Positions 12,301-28,800 of a stretch of DNA of 64,000 nt are shown in pieces. A program made the position numbers and the translations under genes. Location of the stretch: NCBI RefSeq assembly GCF_016432865.1, contig NC_067403.1:255564001-255628000 (forward strand), given 5' to 3'. The stretch is from Antechinus flavipes. Lineage: Eukaryota. Below the pieces are notes generated by a model. It was not told where the DNA came from. It ran no database searches and was given only the letters and a program-made list of their open reading frames with translations. Each line of letters starts with the position of its first letter. The first letter of the stretch is position 1.

Positions 12301-14177
12301 TAGATCCTGGCTGGATTATGGGTTGGCCTCCTACTTCTCCAGAACATCCAGTCAGGGCGGGTTCCCCGTGAGAAATTCGCCACACAAAAGGCTGTGCTAA
12401 GCAAAGGCCCTTTATTAAAGAGAGAGACACCAAGAAGTTCTCTTAGTAGGCCATGATAAAGAATTGCAAAGAGACATTTTCTCAGGGCTTACTTTTATCC
12501 AAAAAAACCCAATTGAAAGCCATTTAAGTTTTGCCAGCAAAAGGAGCATACTTGAGATAAGATGTGGGCAAGGAGTCTTTCCCAGGGAATGTATTTCTGG
12601 GCAGGGCTGTATTGTCCTCATCTGAAGGAGGGGAAAAGTTGGAACAAAAGATTTTACAACTGTCAATGCTGAAAAATTACCCATGCTTATGTCTTGTAAA
12701 TAAAAAGCTATTAAAAAAAAAAAAGAGAGAGAGAGAGAGAATGAAGGACGAACAAATACAACAATCCAAGTATATTTATCCTGTAGGACTAAGTGCTGTG
12801 TTGGCACTAGGTCTAAATCTGAATATCTTAATTGGACTAGATGATCTCTAAATCCCTGGATAAGGGTAAAGGATGAGACTATAAACCAGACATGCTTAAA
12901 TTATAGTTTAGATCTTTGTAAATAAACTTTTTTTTTTTTCTGTGAAAAAAAAAAAAAAAAGAACAGGACGTACAGGATAGGTGGGCATGGAGGGAGGGAA
13001 AGAAGTTTGTTCTCTCAGACTATTAACTATTCCTAACAGGAGGCAGTTCTTACCACCATGGACATCATCCACGATGGCTTTGGCTTCATGCTGGCTTTTG
13101 GGGACCTGGCCTGGGTCCCCTTCATCTACAGTCTTCAAGCCCAGTATCTCCTGAATCATCCCCAGTCATTGGAACTGCCTGCGGCTGGGGCCATTTGTCT
13201 GCTATTTGGTTAGTTCATGGGGAAGGGGCTGGAGGAATAGGGAGACTTGGGTTTCAGTCCTAATTCTAACCCTGGGCCATGATCACTGTATGACAAAGGG
13301 GGTGGAAATGTCTAAGGTCTTTCCAACTCTGGCATTCCATAGTGTAGTTGGGGATGGGGAAGGGAGAGAGTATGAAACAAGTGACAGGATGGCACAGTGG
13401 AGAATGATGGGCCAGGAGTTACTCATCTCAGATGTGTTCTTTCTTTTTCCCATAGCAATCGGCTATTTTATTTTTCGTGGGGCCAACACACAAAAAAATA
13501 CCTTCCGGAGGGATCCTTCAGACCCCAGTGTGGCTGGTGAGTTGGGATGAGGGGCAGGAGGAATATGCAGGCAGAATTTGGGCTTCTGCCTTTTTGATTT
13601 TCGGTACCCTCCATCTATTCCAGGCCTTGAGACCATCCCCACGGCTACTGGACGGCGCCTGCTGGTATCAGGGTGGTGGGGTATGGTCCGTCATCCTAAC
13701 TACCTTGGGGACCTCATCATGGCTCTGGCCTGGTCTTTGCCCTGTGGTGAGTTGGCTGTTATAAAAAGAAAGGTCTGGCTGCCGGGAGTCAGGGTGAGAC
13801 GGGCACACTGGCAGGGCAGAGGCCTCAAGCGCTTGATTCTAGATGGTCATTGAGAAAGGTTGGCGTGGAGGATGATGGGGGCTGGGTCACCGAAGGAGTG
13901 GGGATGGAAGCAATGCACCCTGGGAAAGGGACCTGGGCAGGGTTTGGCCAGGCAAGGGGCTTTCAGTGATGGTTTGCTCCTTGTCCAAACTGAAGCCGGC
14001 CGTTCTCCTTTGGCAGGGGTGACACACCTGCTTCCCTACTTCTATGTTGTCTACTTCACCATCTTGCTGGTGCACAGGGAGGACCGGGATGAGCGCCAGT
14101 GTCTCCAGAAGTACGGCCTGGCCTGGCGGGAATACTGTGCCAGAGTGCCCTACCGTATCGTACCCTACGTGTACTGA
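9396..14177 (+). CDS. TM7SF2: Delta(14)-sterol reductase TM7SF2 (DHCR14), 10 coding exons, 421 aa
   Basis: Exons 9396-9453, 9854-10050, 10137-10191, 10593-10787, 10892-10995, 11888-12010, 13040-13208, 13456-13536, 13624-13746 and 14017-14177. All GT-AG, 1266 nt. ERG4/ERG24 motifs: [51 protein letters not shown]-terminal YRIVPYVY. Confidence 0.97.
9579..9763. repeat. GC-rich tandem duplication (about 58-bp period) in TM7SF2 intron 1
   Basis: gggcagggttccctcgggtggatcccc occurs at 9579 and 9637. ctccggagctgg(agtttggg) occurs at about 9620, 9672 and 9744. Confidence 0.8.
11140..11800. mobile_element. Two MIR/CORE-SINE fragments in TM7SF2 intron 5 (about 11140-11260 and 11630-11800)
   Basis: Core-SINE motifs ctgggtgactctgggccagtcactt...ctctgtaaaa and cctcacaacaaccctgggaggtag...ggatttgaactcaggtct. 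Confidence 0.7.
12200..12725 (+). mobile_element. L1 3' UTR/poly(A) fragment split by an LTR insertion
   Basis: The tail tatttaacatgtattgg...ggggggaag stops at 12290 and resumes at 12624 (gaaggaggggaaaagttggaacaaaag...aataaaaagctattaaaaaaa). The same tail is contiguous in the L1 at 37430-37570. Confidence 0.8.
12291..12623 (-). mobile_element. Solo LTR (333 bp) nested in the L1 tail
   Basis: Termini TGATGA...TCATCT form a near-perfect inverted pair. 4-bp TSD GAAG at 12287-12290 and 12624-12627. Minus-strand AATAAA at 12411-12416. Confidence 0.7.
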
Positions 14178-14499
14178 GCCTGCCCGCCCACAGATGAAGG
14201 AGGGGGGAGGGGGAGAGACGCCCTGCCCCTTGCTGCCCATCGTCTGAGTTCCGCTTCCCAGACAGCCGGGAAGTTTGATCAGCCACCCGGAAGAAATGCC
14301 TATGGACAGCTGGGCCCTTCCCTCCCCGGGGGCGCCATCCCCTTGGGCAGATTCCTGACAGCCAGATAGGCTGAGGTTCCTCCCAGGAGACAGAGAAGGA
14401 AGGCTGGGGGGAGGGGCATCTGAACTCTCAGAATAGAGATCTTGCTCCAGGACCGGACCTTAAGTCTTGTAGTCATTGCCGGCGCCTGGGGGGTGAGGG

Positions 14500-14730
14500 C
14501 GGGGCCACACACACACACCCCCAGGAGGTGGGTCTCCAGGTGCTTTATTGGGGCAGGCGGGCACACAAGCACACACAAGCACACGCACGCACACCCATGT
14601 AAAGGCATAAGCCCACACAGAGCCCACGAGGCCTGGGTCCGTTTCCAGGTGCCTTTATTCTGGGGAAAGGGGGCACACACACACAGAGCGCACGAGGCTC
14701 GGTCCGTCTCAAGACGCCTTTATTCAGGGT
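14500..14730 (-). terminator. Triplicated poly(A) cassette in the ZNHIT2 3' UTR
   Basis: Minus-strand AATAAA at 14719-14724, 14654-14659 and 14544-14549. Each sits in a homologous unit followed by a GU-rich tract on the minus strand. Confidence 0.75.
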
Positions 14731-14750
14731 CGAGACCGGGCCAACTGCCT

Positions 14751-15908
14751 TCAGGCCAGCTCTTGGATCAGGGTCCTCGGGGCCGGGGGGCGTGAGCCCC
14801 CCCACAGGCGCTCCAGCTCGGCGCTCAGGGCCTCCACGTGGCCTGCCTCCTCCTCCTCGGCGCGGTACTCTTGCGCACAATCCAACGCCAGCGGTGTGAG
14901 CGCTTCCTCGTGCTCGTTGGTCCAGGACAGTAGGTACTGGCACTTCTTGCGCGCTCTGTAGAGACGTTCTCGGAGCTCGCCCGCGGGCACCAGGTTGCGC
15001 GCGCGCCGAAATGCGCGCGCCAGTTGCGCCAGCGCTGCTAGAGAGAAGTTCTTCTGCACGCCGGGTTGCGCACTCTCGCCCAGCAGGAGGCGCGCGACCT
15101 CGCGCATAGCACCGCGCGCTCCAAGGGGGCCTGGTGGGTGCGCGCCGGCCCTCAGCGCGTGCGCAGCCGCATGCAGCGCCTCGCGCGTGGAGCGGAAGGC
15201 CTGGCGGGCGCCGAGTGCGCCGGCCACGCCCAGCACGGTGGAGCACACGTCCAGCAACAGCTCTGGGTCGTCCTCGAGGCCGCCGTGGTAGAGGCACTGA
15301 GAATGCGCGTAAGCGAAGAGCACGTTGGGGAGCTGGAAGCGAAGCAGCGGCGAGGGCGCGCGGCCGCCGCAGAGCCGCGCCAAGGCGGGGATGACGTCGG
15401 GCAGGGGCGGTGGCGCGGCCACAGGTTCTACCTCACCCTGGGGGGTGGGTGTGGGTTGAGGCGCGGGCCTTTCGGCGTCCTCTTCGTGCACGTGCAGCTC
15501 TTCCAGCAGCGATACCCGAGCACCTGCGCGCCACCACCACGGCCGCCACGGTGGCAGTAGCCGCCCGGCCTCGCCTCGGCTCAGGAGCCGCTCGAAGGCC
15601 GCCTTCTCGGCGGGCTGCAGCCGCTCCCACAGGCCCCCCAGGCCCTGGTCCTGGCCCTGGCCCTCCTCCGGCGCCTCGGTCTCGCGCTGCTGCCGCAGCC
15701 GGCGCAGGGCACCCGCCAGGCGGCTGGGCGAGGCGGTGCGGCCTCGGAGCTCGCCCAGCACCTGGTCCCGGTAGAAGGCCTCGGCGCAGGCCCCGTGCGC
15801 CCGGTAGCAGGGCAGCGAGCAGTAGGGCACGTTGCAGCGGGGGCAGGTGTAGCGCGCCGGCCGCTCCTCGCCAGGGGGGCACTGGCGGCACGGCCCCGTG
15901 GGCTCCAT
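14751..15908 (-). CDS. ZNHIT2: Zinc finger HIT domain-containing protein 2, intronless, 385 aa
   Basis: Starts MEPTGPCRQC...RYTCPRCNVPYCSLPCYRAHGACAEAFYRDQVLGELRG (HIT finger). Later SPLLRFQLPNVLFAYAH and C-terminal PRTLIQEL. Single exon as in human, and synteny agrees. Confidence 0.96.
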   Translation of the reverse strand: MEPTGPCRQCPPGEERPARYTCPRCNVPYCSLPCYRAHGACAEAFYRDQVLGELRGRTASPSRLAGALRRLRQQRETEAPEEGQGQDQGLGGLWERLQPAEKAAFERLLSRGEAGRLLPPWRPWWWRAGARVSLLEELHVHEEDAERPAPQPTPTPQGEVEPVAAPPPLPDVIPALARLCGGRAPSPLLRFQLPNVLFAYAHSQCLYHGGLEDDPELLLDVCSTVLGVAGALGARQAFRSTREALHAAAHALRAGAHPPGPLGARGAMREVARLLLGESAQPGVQKNFSLAALAQLARAFRRARNLVPAGELRERLYRARKKCQYLLSWTNEHEEALTPLALDCAQEYRAEEEEAGHVEALSAELERLWGGSRPPAPRTLIQELA

Positions 15909-16260
15909 GGCTACGGCCTTCGCCGGGCCCGGAAGTGCCTCCCGCCGTTTTCCGCTCAGCTTCGCGGTACTTCCGCTGTTGCGGCGCTTAGCTCTGCGGT
16001 GGAGGAAGCCTCCGCCCCTGCGCTTCCGGTCGCGCTCCGATTGGCTTTCAAAGCTCGGGGGCGGTGTTTCCCGCACAGCCTTAGGCCGATCCCCTCCCAC
16101 GTGCTTGAAGCCCTTCGGAGTGGGCGGGCTTCTGACTGGGAAGGGAGGGCTAGACTTTCCGTGGCCACGGCCGCCCAGAACAACTTCCCGCTTGTCTAGC
16201 GAAGAACACGCCCGAAAGGGATCCACACTATGAGCTCCGACAAGTCTCACGCGGGGCCCT
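15909..16260 (-). promoter_or_regulatory. ZNHIT2 CpG-island promoter
   Basis: ETS motifs (CCGGAAGTG near 15929, CTTCCG near 15970 and 16024), ATTGG near 16040, GC box. Confidence 0.65.
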
Positions 16261-17420
16261 TGGGGCGTGCCTCTAGCGTTAATGGAGCTCGCCCTTCCTC
16301 CCCTCCCTTCTTAGGATCAGTGCATTCATTAAGCGGGCAGCTGCGTGTGCCATGGAGGAGCCCGGGGTGCGAGTCAAGATGTGACCTAGCTGTACATCAC
16401 ATAACCCTGCCTCAGTTTCATCTGCTAAATGAACTCGCAAAGGAGAGTTGTAGAGTCAGACCTCTGGAGAAGCGTACTTGAAACAAGGTGTTAACTCAGA
16501 GGAATTGATAAGAATGGTTATGGTTTAGCATGATGCTTAATAGTTCTCTAGTTCAGTACTTAATGTAGTTCTATAAGATTCACACCTACAAGTACTTAGA
16601 ACCAACAAGGTCTAGACCAGACATTCATTCCATCTCACACCATCGTAGTGGCTGGCCTGTCCTTCACTTGATGCTCGGCTGTCTTTCTGGAGGGCTTTCA
16701 GAGGGGACTTGGTTTCAGTGGAGAAATGAAGTGAACTGAACAGTTGCCTCCATAAAGCTTATCTGAGCAATACTTGGGATCATTTCGATCTGGTATCTTT
16801 CCTAAACATCGGCCTGGGGGATTGGCCAAGGCTGCGGGAGTGGGACTTGATCTCTGCTGCCACAGCAATACAACTAATTCTTGGTCCCCAAGTCACAATT
16901 GGAACTGAAGATTGCTTCCTTTCCCCCAAACCAGATCAAATGGACCAGCATGTGAAACTTTCCTTTCAAATCAGTCCTTTCCTAATACCAAGGGGGTGGA
17001 TATACCAAGGTCAACACAACTCCACACTAATGGCTGCCATTTCCCTATTGCTTTGAGGTCAACAAGATACCTTTTCCCACCGTTGAGGTGGAAATTAAGA
17101 CGTGATCACTGTGATTTGCCTGGTGCCAACACCTGATACTAGCTTTAAATTTTGCAAATAGGGTTCTCATTTCTGTCTTGTTCATAGTTTCAACTAGTGA
17201 GTCAAAAATGGGCAGAGGTTGGGTATAGAAATACATGTATCAGCAAGGGAAACTTAGGGTGACTTTCTCAGCCAATTCCTGACCAGGGCAGAGCCACCCT
17301 CCCCCCTCCTGGCTGCTTGGGGTTCCCTTCTTTTTTTGCTCTTCCTTCACTTTTCTTCAAGGCCTGAAAACATCCATTTCCCAGGATAACAGTGAAGAGT
17401 CTCAGTATAGTCGTAGCGGC

Positions 17421-17426
17421 TTTATT
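17421..17426 (-). terminator. FAU poly(A) signal
   Basis: Minus-strand AATAAA 27 nt after the FAU TAA. Confidence 0.8.
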
Positions 17427-17452
17427 GGGGACAGACAGAAACTACCACTGGG

Positions 17453-20655
<3,203 letters not shown>

Positions 20656-20849
20656 GGTGGCGACTGCGGAGACACAGAAGGGGCGGCTGAGCCGGGGGCC
20701 GGGAGAGGCCGCCAAAGGGCCGAGAGGGGCTTGGAACAGGGAAGGCGAGAGGCCTGTGGCCGGGTCGGACCAGATGAGGGTCTGGAGCTCCGGGCCCGCC
20801 TCGTGCCTCGGCCTCCCCGCTCCCCCCCGGCCTCGGGCCGCGCACTTAC

Positions 20850-20911
20850 CTCGGACACGCTAGTCCTGCTTCCGCCGCGGCGAAGATGGAGACCAGAAAG
20901 AGAGGCAGAAG
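20850..20911 (-). promoter_or_regulatory. FAU: FAU non-coding exon 1 with 5'TOP/TCT initiator
   Basis: Minus strand reads CCTCTCTTTCTGGTCTCCATCTTCGCC...GAG|GTAAG, similar to the recalled human FAU 5' end. Contains the YY1 core CCATCTT. The exon 2 acceptor is at 20663. Confidence 0.85.
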
Positions 20912-21154
20912 CCGAGGGCGCACACGTTCGTCCTACCACGCCGAGTGCGTCATGGCGCAGAAGGACGCGCCCGTCCCCTTTAGCCAATCGGAGGGAGCGC
21001 AACACCCAGGGGAGGAAGTCGCAAGTTCGAACCGGCGCCGACGCGAGGGAAAGGGAGGCGGGACCGGGCTCCGCATGCATCGCGACTGCGCGAGACGGGC
21101 AGGGGGCGGGACTAGGCGGGCGGAAATCCTCCCCTAGACGCAACCGGCTGCAGG
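20912..21154. promoter_or_regulatory. FAU/MRPL49 bidirectional promoter
   Basis: About 250 bp of CpG island between head-to-head genes. CCAAT near 20984, GC boxes, and YY1-like GATGGCGGC over the MRPL49 ATG. Confidence 0.85.
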
Positions 21155-24321
<3,167 letters not shown>

Positions 24322-24424
24322 AGTGGCCTCTGTGGAAGGCCCACAGCAACCCTACTGCTCCCCATTCGTGGCTGGGAGTCTCCAAGGGGATTCTGGGCAG
24401 GTGTTTGTCAACATTATTCTTTTA

Positions 24425-24570
24425 GGGACAGCTAGGTGGCGCAGTGGATAAGAGCACCAGTGCTGAAATCCAGAGAACCCGAGGTCAAATATGACCTCAG
24501 ACACTTTCTTAGAGGGGTGACCCTGGACAAGTCATTTAGCCCCAATTACATCAGCCCCCCCAAAAAAAAT
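24425..24570 (+). mobile_element. tRNA-derived SINE (WSINE1/SINE1-like) in the probable MRPL49 3' UTR
   Basis: gggacagctaggtggcgcagtggata...gtgaccctggacaagtcattt, followed by an A tail. Confidence 0.8.
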
Positions 24571-24781
24571 TCCTTTAACTACTCCCCACTTTCTAGCGAG
24601 GAGTATTCCAGGGAAATTTCCCTAAAAGGAAAAATATTTCTCATGTAGCCAGCTCTTTTTTGGACTAGGAATCGACAGCAGCCTAAGAAGACCAGCCGGG
24701 CACAAAGGAAGAGACAACATCGCCAGTGCCCAGGGAGAAGGGGTACCACGTCACAACCTGGCACCAACTTTAATGCAAGTT

Positions 24782-24842
24782 TTTATTTTGGCCGTATATA
24801 CAATTGAGGCTATTAAAATTTGTACAATATTTACAAATTAAA
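24782..24842. terminator. Overlapping convergent poly(A) regions of SYVN1 (-) and MRPL49 (+)
   Basis: Minus-strand AATAAA at 24782-24787. + strand ATTAAA at 24812-24817 and 24837-24842. Confidence 0.65.
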
Positions 24843-25894
24843 TAATCTGAAACTGTCTCCAGCAACTTTTGTAACACACAAAACACAGGGCAACAAAGGA
24901 GAGCAGGGGAAGGCCTGGGGGAGGCTGGGCCCAGTCCTGGCAATGCCGACCTGGAGAAACCCCGGGCAAGGTTCCCTCTCCTCCCTGCCGGGCTAGCGGA
25001 AGTAAGCTTGCGGGTTGGGTTTTAACCAAAAGACGGCAACAAGAGATTCCCCCCAAAGCAATGAGTTTCAGAAAACTGCCGGTGCTTCCCGGCCGGGACG
25101 GTTCTGGACCGGCCCAGCCTGGGCAGAAGAAAAGCGAGCATTCTGGCTGAGGACGGCTCAGCCTCATGACACCAGAGCACCCCACGCTGCCAACATCCCA
25201 TCGTATCACTCATGGGGAGCAGCCCAGCAGGGGTCTCCCTTGGGGACCCTCCACCTGGAGCGGGCTGTCCCAGCCTGGCCCAAGCACTCCTGACATGGAG
25301 TCACCGGTAGGGCACGGACAGGAGTGCGAAGGGGCAATGGGGCGCTACTGGTACTACAAAGGGACTGCTGGAGGTAGGGGTCGTAGAAGCCCAGCTCGCC
25401 TCGAGCCCCTGGGAGCGAGAGCTAATACTGTTGGGAGCAGGGGCCACTCCCTCAGCTTGAGCTGGGCTTCGCAGCTCTGAGGAAACGCGTCTTCAGAATG
25501 TCCGCCCTCCTCCCAGCTTCCCCCAAAGGGAGGAGTAAATGGGGCCGGAAACTGGCTTCTCAGAGACCTCCAGAGCCCCAGTTCTGCCTGGAGTTAGGAC
25601 AGGCTGCAGGGAGTGGGCAAAGATCAGGAAAGGAGGCTGACCCACAGGTCTCCGGCCCACCACTCCAGCGGGCCCATAAACGGCCCAAGCCACGTGACTT
25701 AGATTCGGGAGCTCCCAGGTGGCACTAGTGGGGGCCTTTCTGCCAGTCGGGAGAGGACGCCGGAACCTCACATTCTTTTCCAAAGCCTGGTGAGAGGGGA
25801 GATGGCACTTGGCGGTGGGATCCACTTCTCACCCGAGCACGAGGGCATCACAGTCAAAACACAAGGTTGGGGAGTGGGACGAGGTCGGGCAGTG

Positions 25895-28800
25895 TCATTG
25901 GGAAGCAGGGGACCCCAGCTTCTGCAGGCGGCGGCGGCGGAGCTCCACTGCATCGGGTTCCACATCTTCCGCCAGGTCCTCGGCCCCAATAGACTCTGCA
26001 GCTGGGAGACAAGAGAGGCAAAGGTCAAGTTCTGAAAAGTTACTTGTGTGCCCCCCCCACCCCCCTCAGGAGAGTCCTTACATGGGTCCGGCTGCAGCTG
26101 TACTGGGTCGGGGGGAGGAGGAGAGGCTTCCGGTGAGGGAGGTGTCGCCTCGGAACTGGGGATGCTGCTGGAAGAGGAGGCTGCAGCAGCAGGTGTAGAT
26201 GCTGCAGGGGGACTGGCGGGAGCAGGAGGTCGGGGAGGGCTGTGGAAGGAAGCAGATAAAAGTGAGCTGGGGCGGGGCCCTGGCCCCCAGCTGACCCTCC
26301 CCTCCCTATCCCTTGGGCCTTACCCCAGGGAGGCCAGCACAGTGAGGTACTGGTTGATCTGCAGCATGGCAGCGTCCAGCAGGGTATGGATATTTCGAAG
26401 GCTTTGTAGCCGAGCTTCCAGGTGCTGCCGCTCGTGGCCCTCCAGGGCCTGTAGCTCCTCAGCCGTCAGGCCTGCAAAGCCTGCTGGGGGCACTGGCATG
26501 GGGGGGAATCCTGTGGAGCAAGAGGAGGCTGGGACCAAGCTGCTGGACCCGGGCCCCGAGGAAGCCCCAGTGTCCTTCTCCCCCTTCCTCCCCCCCAAGG
26601 GTTGCTCAGGAGGGGAAGGACTTACCAAACGGTGGAGGCAGGGGCATGCCCATCCAGGGAGGAGGGAAGGGAAAGCCGGGAGCCGGAGCAGGCTCAGGGA
26701 CAGACCCGGAGGCCCGAGAAGCGTTGCCTAGGAAGAACAGACAGAACACAGATCAACAGAGGGAGAGCTTCGCCCATCTCCCCATCTGGAGGTGAGGTCC
26801 AGAGGCCGTCTTCCCTTTTGGACCCAGGACTAAGGAACCCGGGCTCCCTTCCCTCCTTTCTCCCCCACAGAGGTCCCTGTTAACACCCACAGTGATAGCT
26901 GTGTTCTGACACTCAGCCAGACTCACCTGAGGTGGAAGGTGTGGCAGGAGGGGCGTCCGCATTGCTGGGAGGTGGCATGGGGGGAAAGGGACCCATGGGA
27001 GGCCAGAGGGGGAACATCCCAGGAGGAAATGGAGGCAGGAGGCCTTGGGGAACTGCAATAGAAGAGAAGGAAGAATGGGATGGGGGCCCAGAAACTCTAG
27101 ATGGGGACGCACAGAGAGCCTCCCTGGACCAGTTAGAAGTGAAGGGTCTGTGGAGGCTTGGGCTACTTACAGTTGGGGGGCTGGGGGAGAATGGGGGGCT
27201 GGTGGGGAGCAGGTGGGGGGCCATGGTCAGGAGCCTCCTGCGCCGGTGGGGACTGGACAGGAAGCGAGGCCCGCAGAACGTCCATCCGGCAGGTAGGGCA
27301 GGTCTGCTGCCGCTGGAACCAGGAACGCAGGCAGCTGGGAAAGCAGAGAGGCTCCTTAGCCCTCACAGCCCGGTCTCCCTGTGGCTCGGGAAGCTGGCTC
27401 GGCTTCCTCCTCACCTGGTATGGAAGATATGGTTGCAGGGAAGCCTCTTGGCGCCCGTGACCATCTCTTCTCTGCAGATGATGCAGACGTTGTCCATGGC
27501 TTGGAGCTCCTCGGCCGTGGCGTCCGGGTACCTGAGAAGGAACCGCCCAGATGAGCCCGAGCCTTTGAGGCCTTGGGGCGGGGAGAGGGAGAGGCCTGCA
27601 GGAAGGGGGGGCACTCACAGCGTGTTCATGTTGCGGATGGCCCGGCGAGACATGATGGCGTCCGTCACCGCTTTCTTAAACTGCCTGCAAAGACAGGATG
27701 GGCACAGCTGAAGTGCCCTGGAGTGGAACAGGGCAGGGAGAAAGAACGGCCTCCCAGCCTGGCCACACTCTGTGCAGTCCCCATGTCTTGCACCTGTACC
27801 CTTCTGGCCAGCCCTCAGCTTCTCCCCAGCTGACTCCCTGCCACCCCTCCCCCAGGCCTTTTTCAAGGACCTAATGAGGAAGCTCACACAGGACCGAGTC
27901 CAGCCCCCCATGGCAGCTGCTTGGGCTGGGAAGAGCCTACCTCATGGCCAGGTACATGGGCCGGATGGCAAAGAGCGGGAAGGTGTGCACCTTGATCATG
28001 ATGGTCATGAAGGCCATGTAGAGCAGCACCTTGATGAAGCCTGGAGGGAGGGAGGAGCTGTGGAGGTGCTGCCCAAAGGCCCCAGGCATCCCCAGGTGTC
28101 CCCGCCCCCACAGAAGGGGAGCTCACCTGTGAAGAGCTCCGTGTAGAGCATGTAGACGGCCTTGTTATCCCAGGGGTTCTCATTCTGGAGATCGATGGAG
28201 TGCAGCACGTACTTTATGAAGATGGTGAGGACCATGGTCATTAGGATGGCGTACTGTCGAGGGAGGAGGATGCTGGGTGTGGGAGCCTGTCCTCAGGCAG
28301 CCCTGCCCCAGTCCCCCAGTCCGCAGCCCCCACGGTACCTCAAAGCCGAAGACCAGCTGCACGGAGGCCCCGCGCGTCAGGATGCTGTGATAGGCGTGAT
28401 TAACAAAGAGGAAGTCCAGGGCGCCCAGGAGGAGCATGAGGGCTGCGGGGAATCGAGAGTAGTGTCAGGGGGGCTGGTTGCTTTCTCTAAGATGCTCTGG
28501 CCCTGAGGTTAACGTTAGGGGAGGTGGGAGCCCCAGGGGCCCTCTGGGAACTCCCAGCCTACCCTGGAGGGGAGCGGCAATAGCCCAGTCTCCTGGGTGA
28601 GCAGACACATGAGGAAGTCTCTTTGGGACTTAAGGCAGCTGAAGTGCCCTGGAGTGGAACAGGGCAGGGAGAAAGAATGCAAATAAGCTTCTCAAATTAG
28701 CTCTGGGGTCCAGCTGCCTGTCTCAGGAGGCTGGGGGATGGGGGACAAAGAGGGATGGCTTCGGGTACCCTCCCTGCCACAGCAGACCGCTCTCCTCCCC

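Noticed and set aside
14545-15991. Overlapping ORFs of 150-250 aa on both strands of ZNHIT2
   Set aside because: Arg/Ala/Pro/Gly-rich shadow frames of GC-rich DNA.
15909-16250. 114-aa in-frame N-terminal extension of ZNHIT2 (499-aa ORF)
   Set aside because: It runs through the ETS/CCAAT core promoter. The known protein starts at MEP, which has a good Kozak context (gtagccATGG). It is probably a by-product of the CpG island, though CAGE would settle it.
24425-24570. tRNA-like A/B boxes here and at 32582, 34959 and 60344
   Set aside because: They are heads of tRNA-derived SINEs, with core-SINE bodies and A tails, not tRNA genes.
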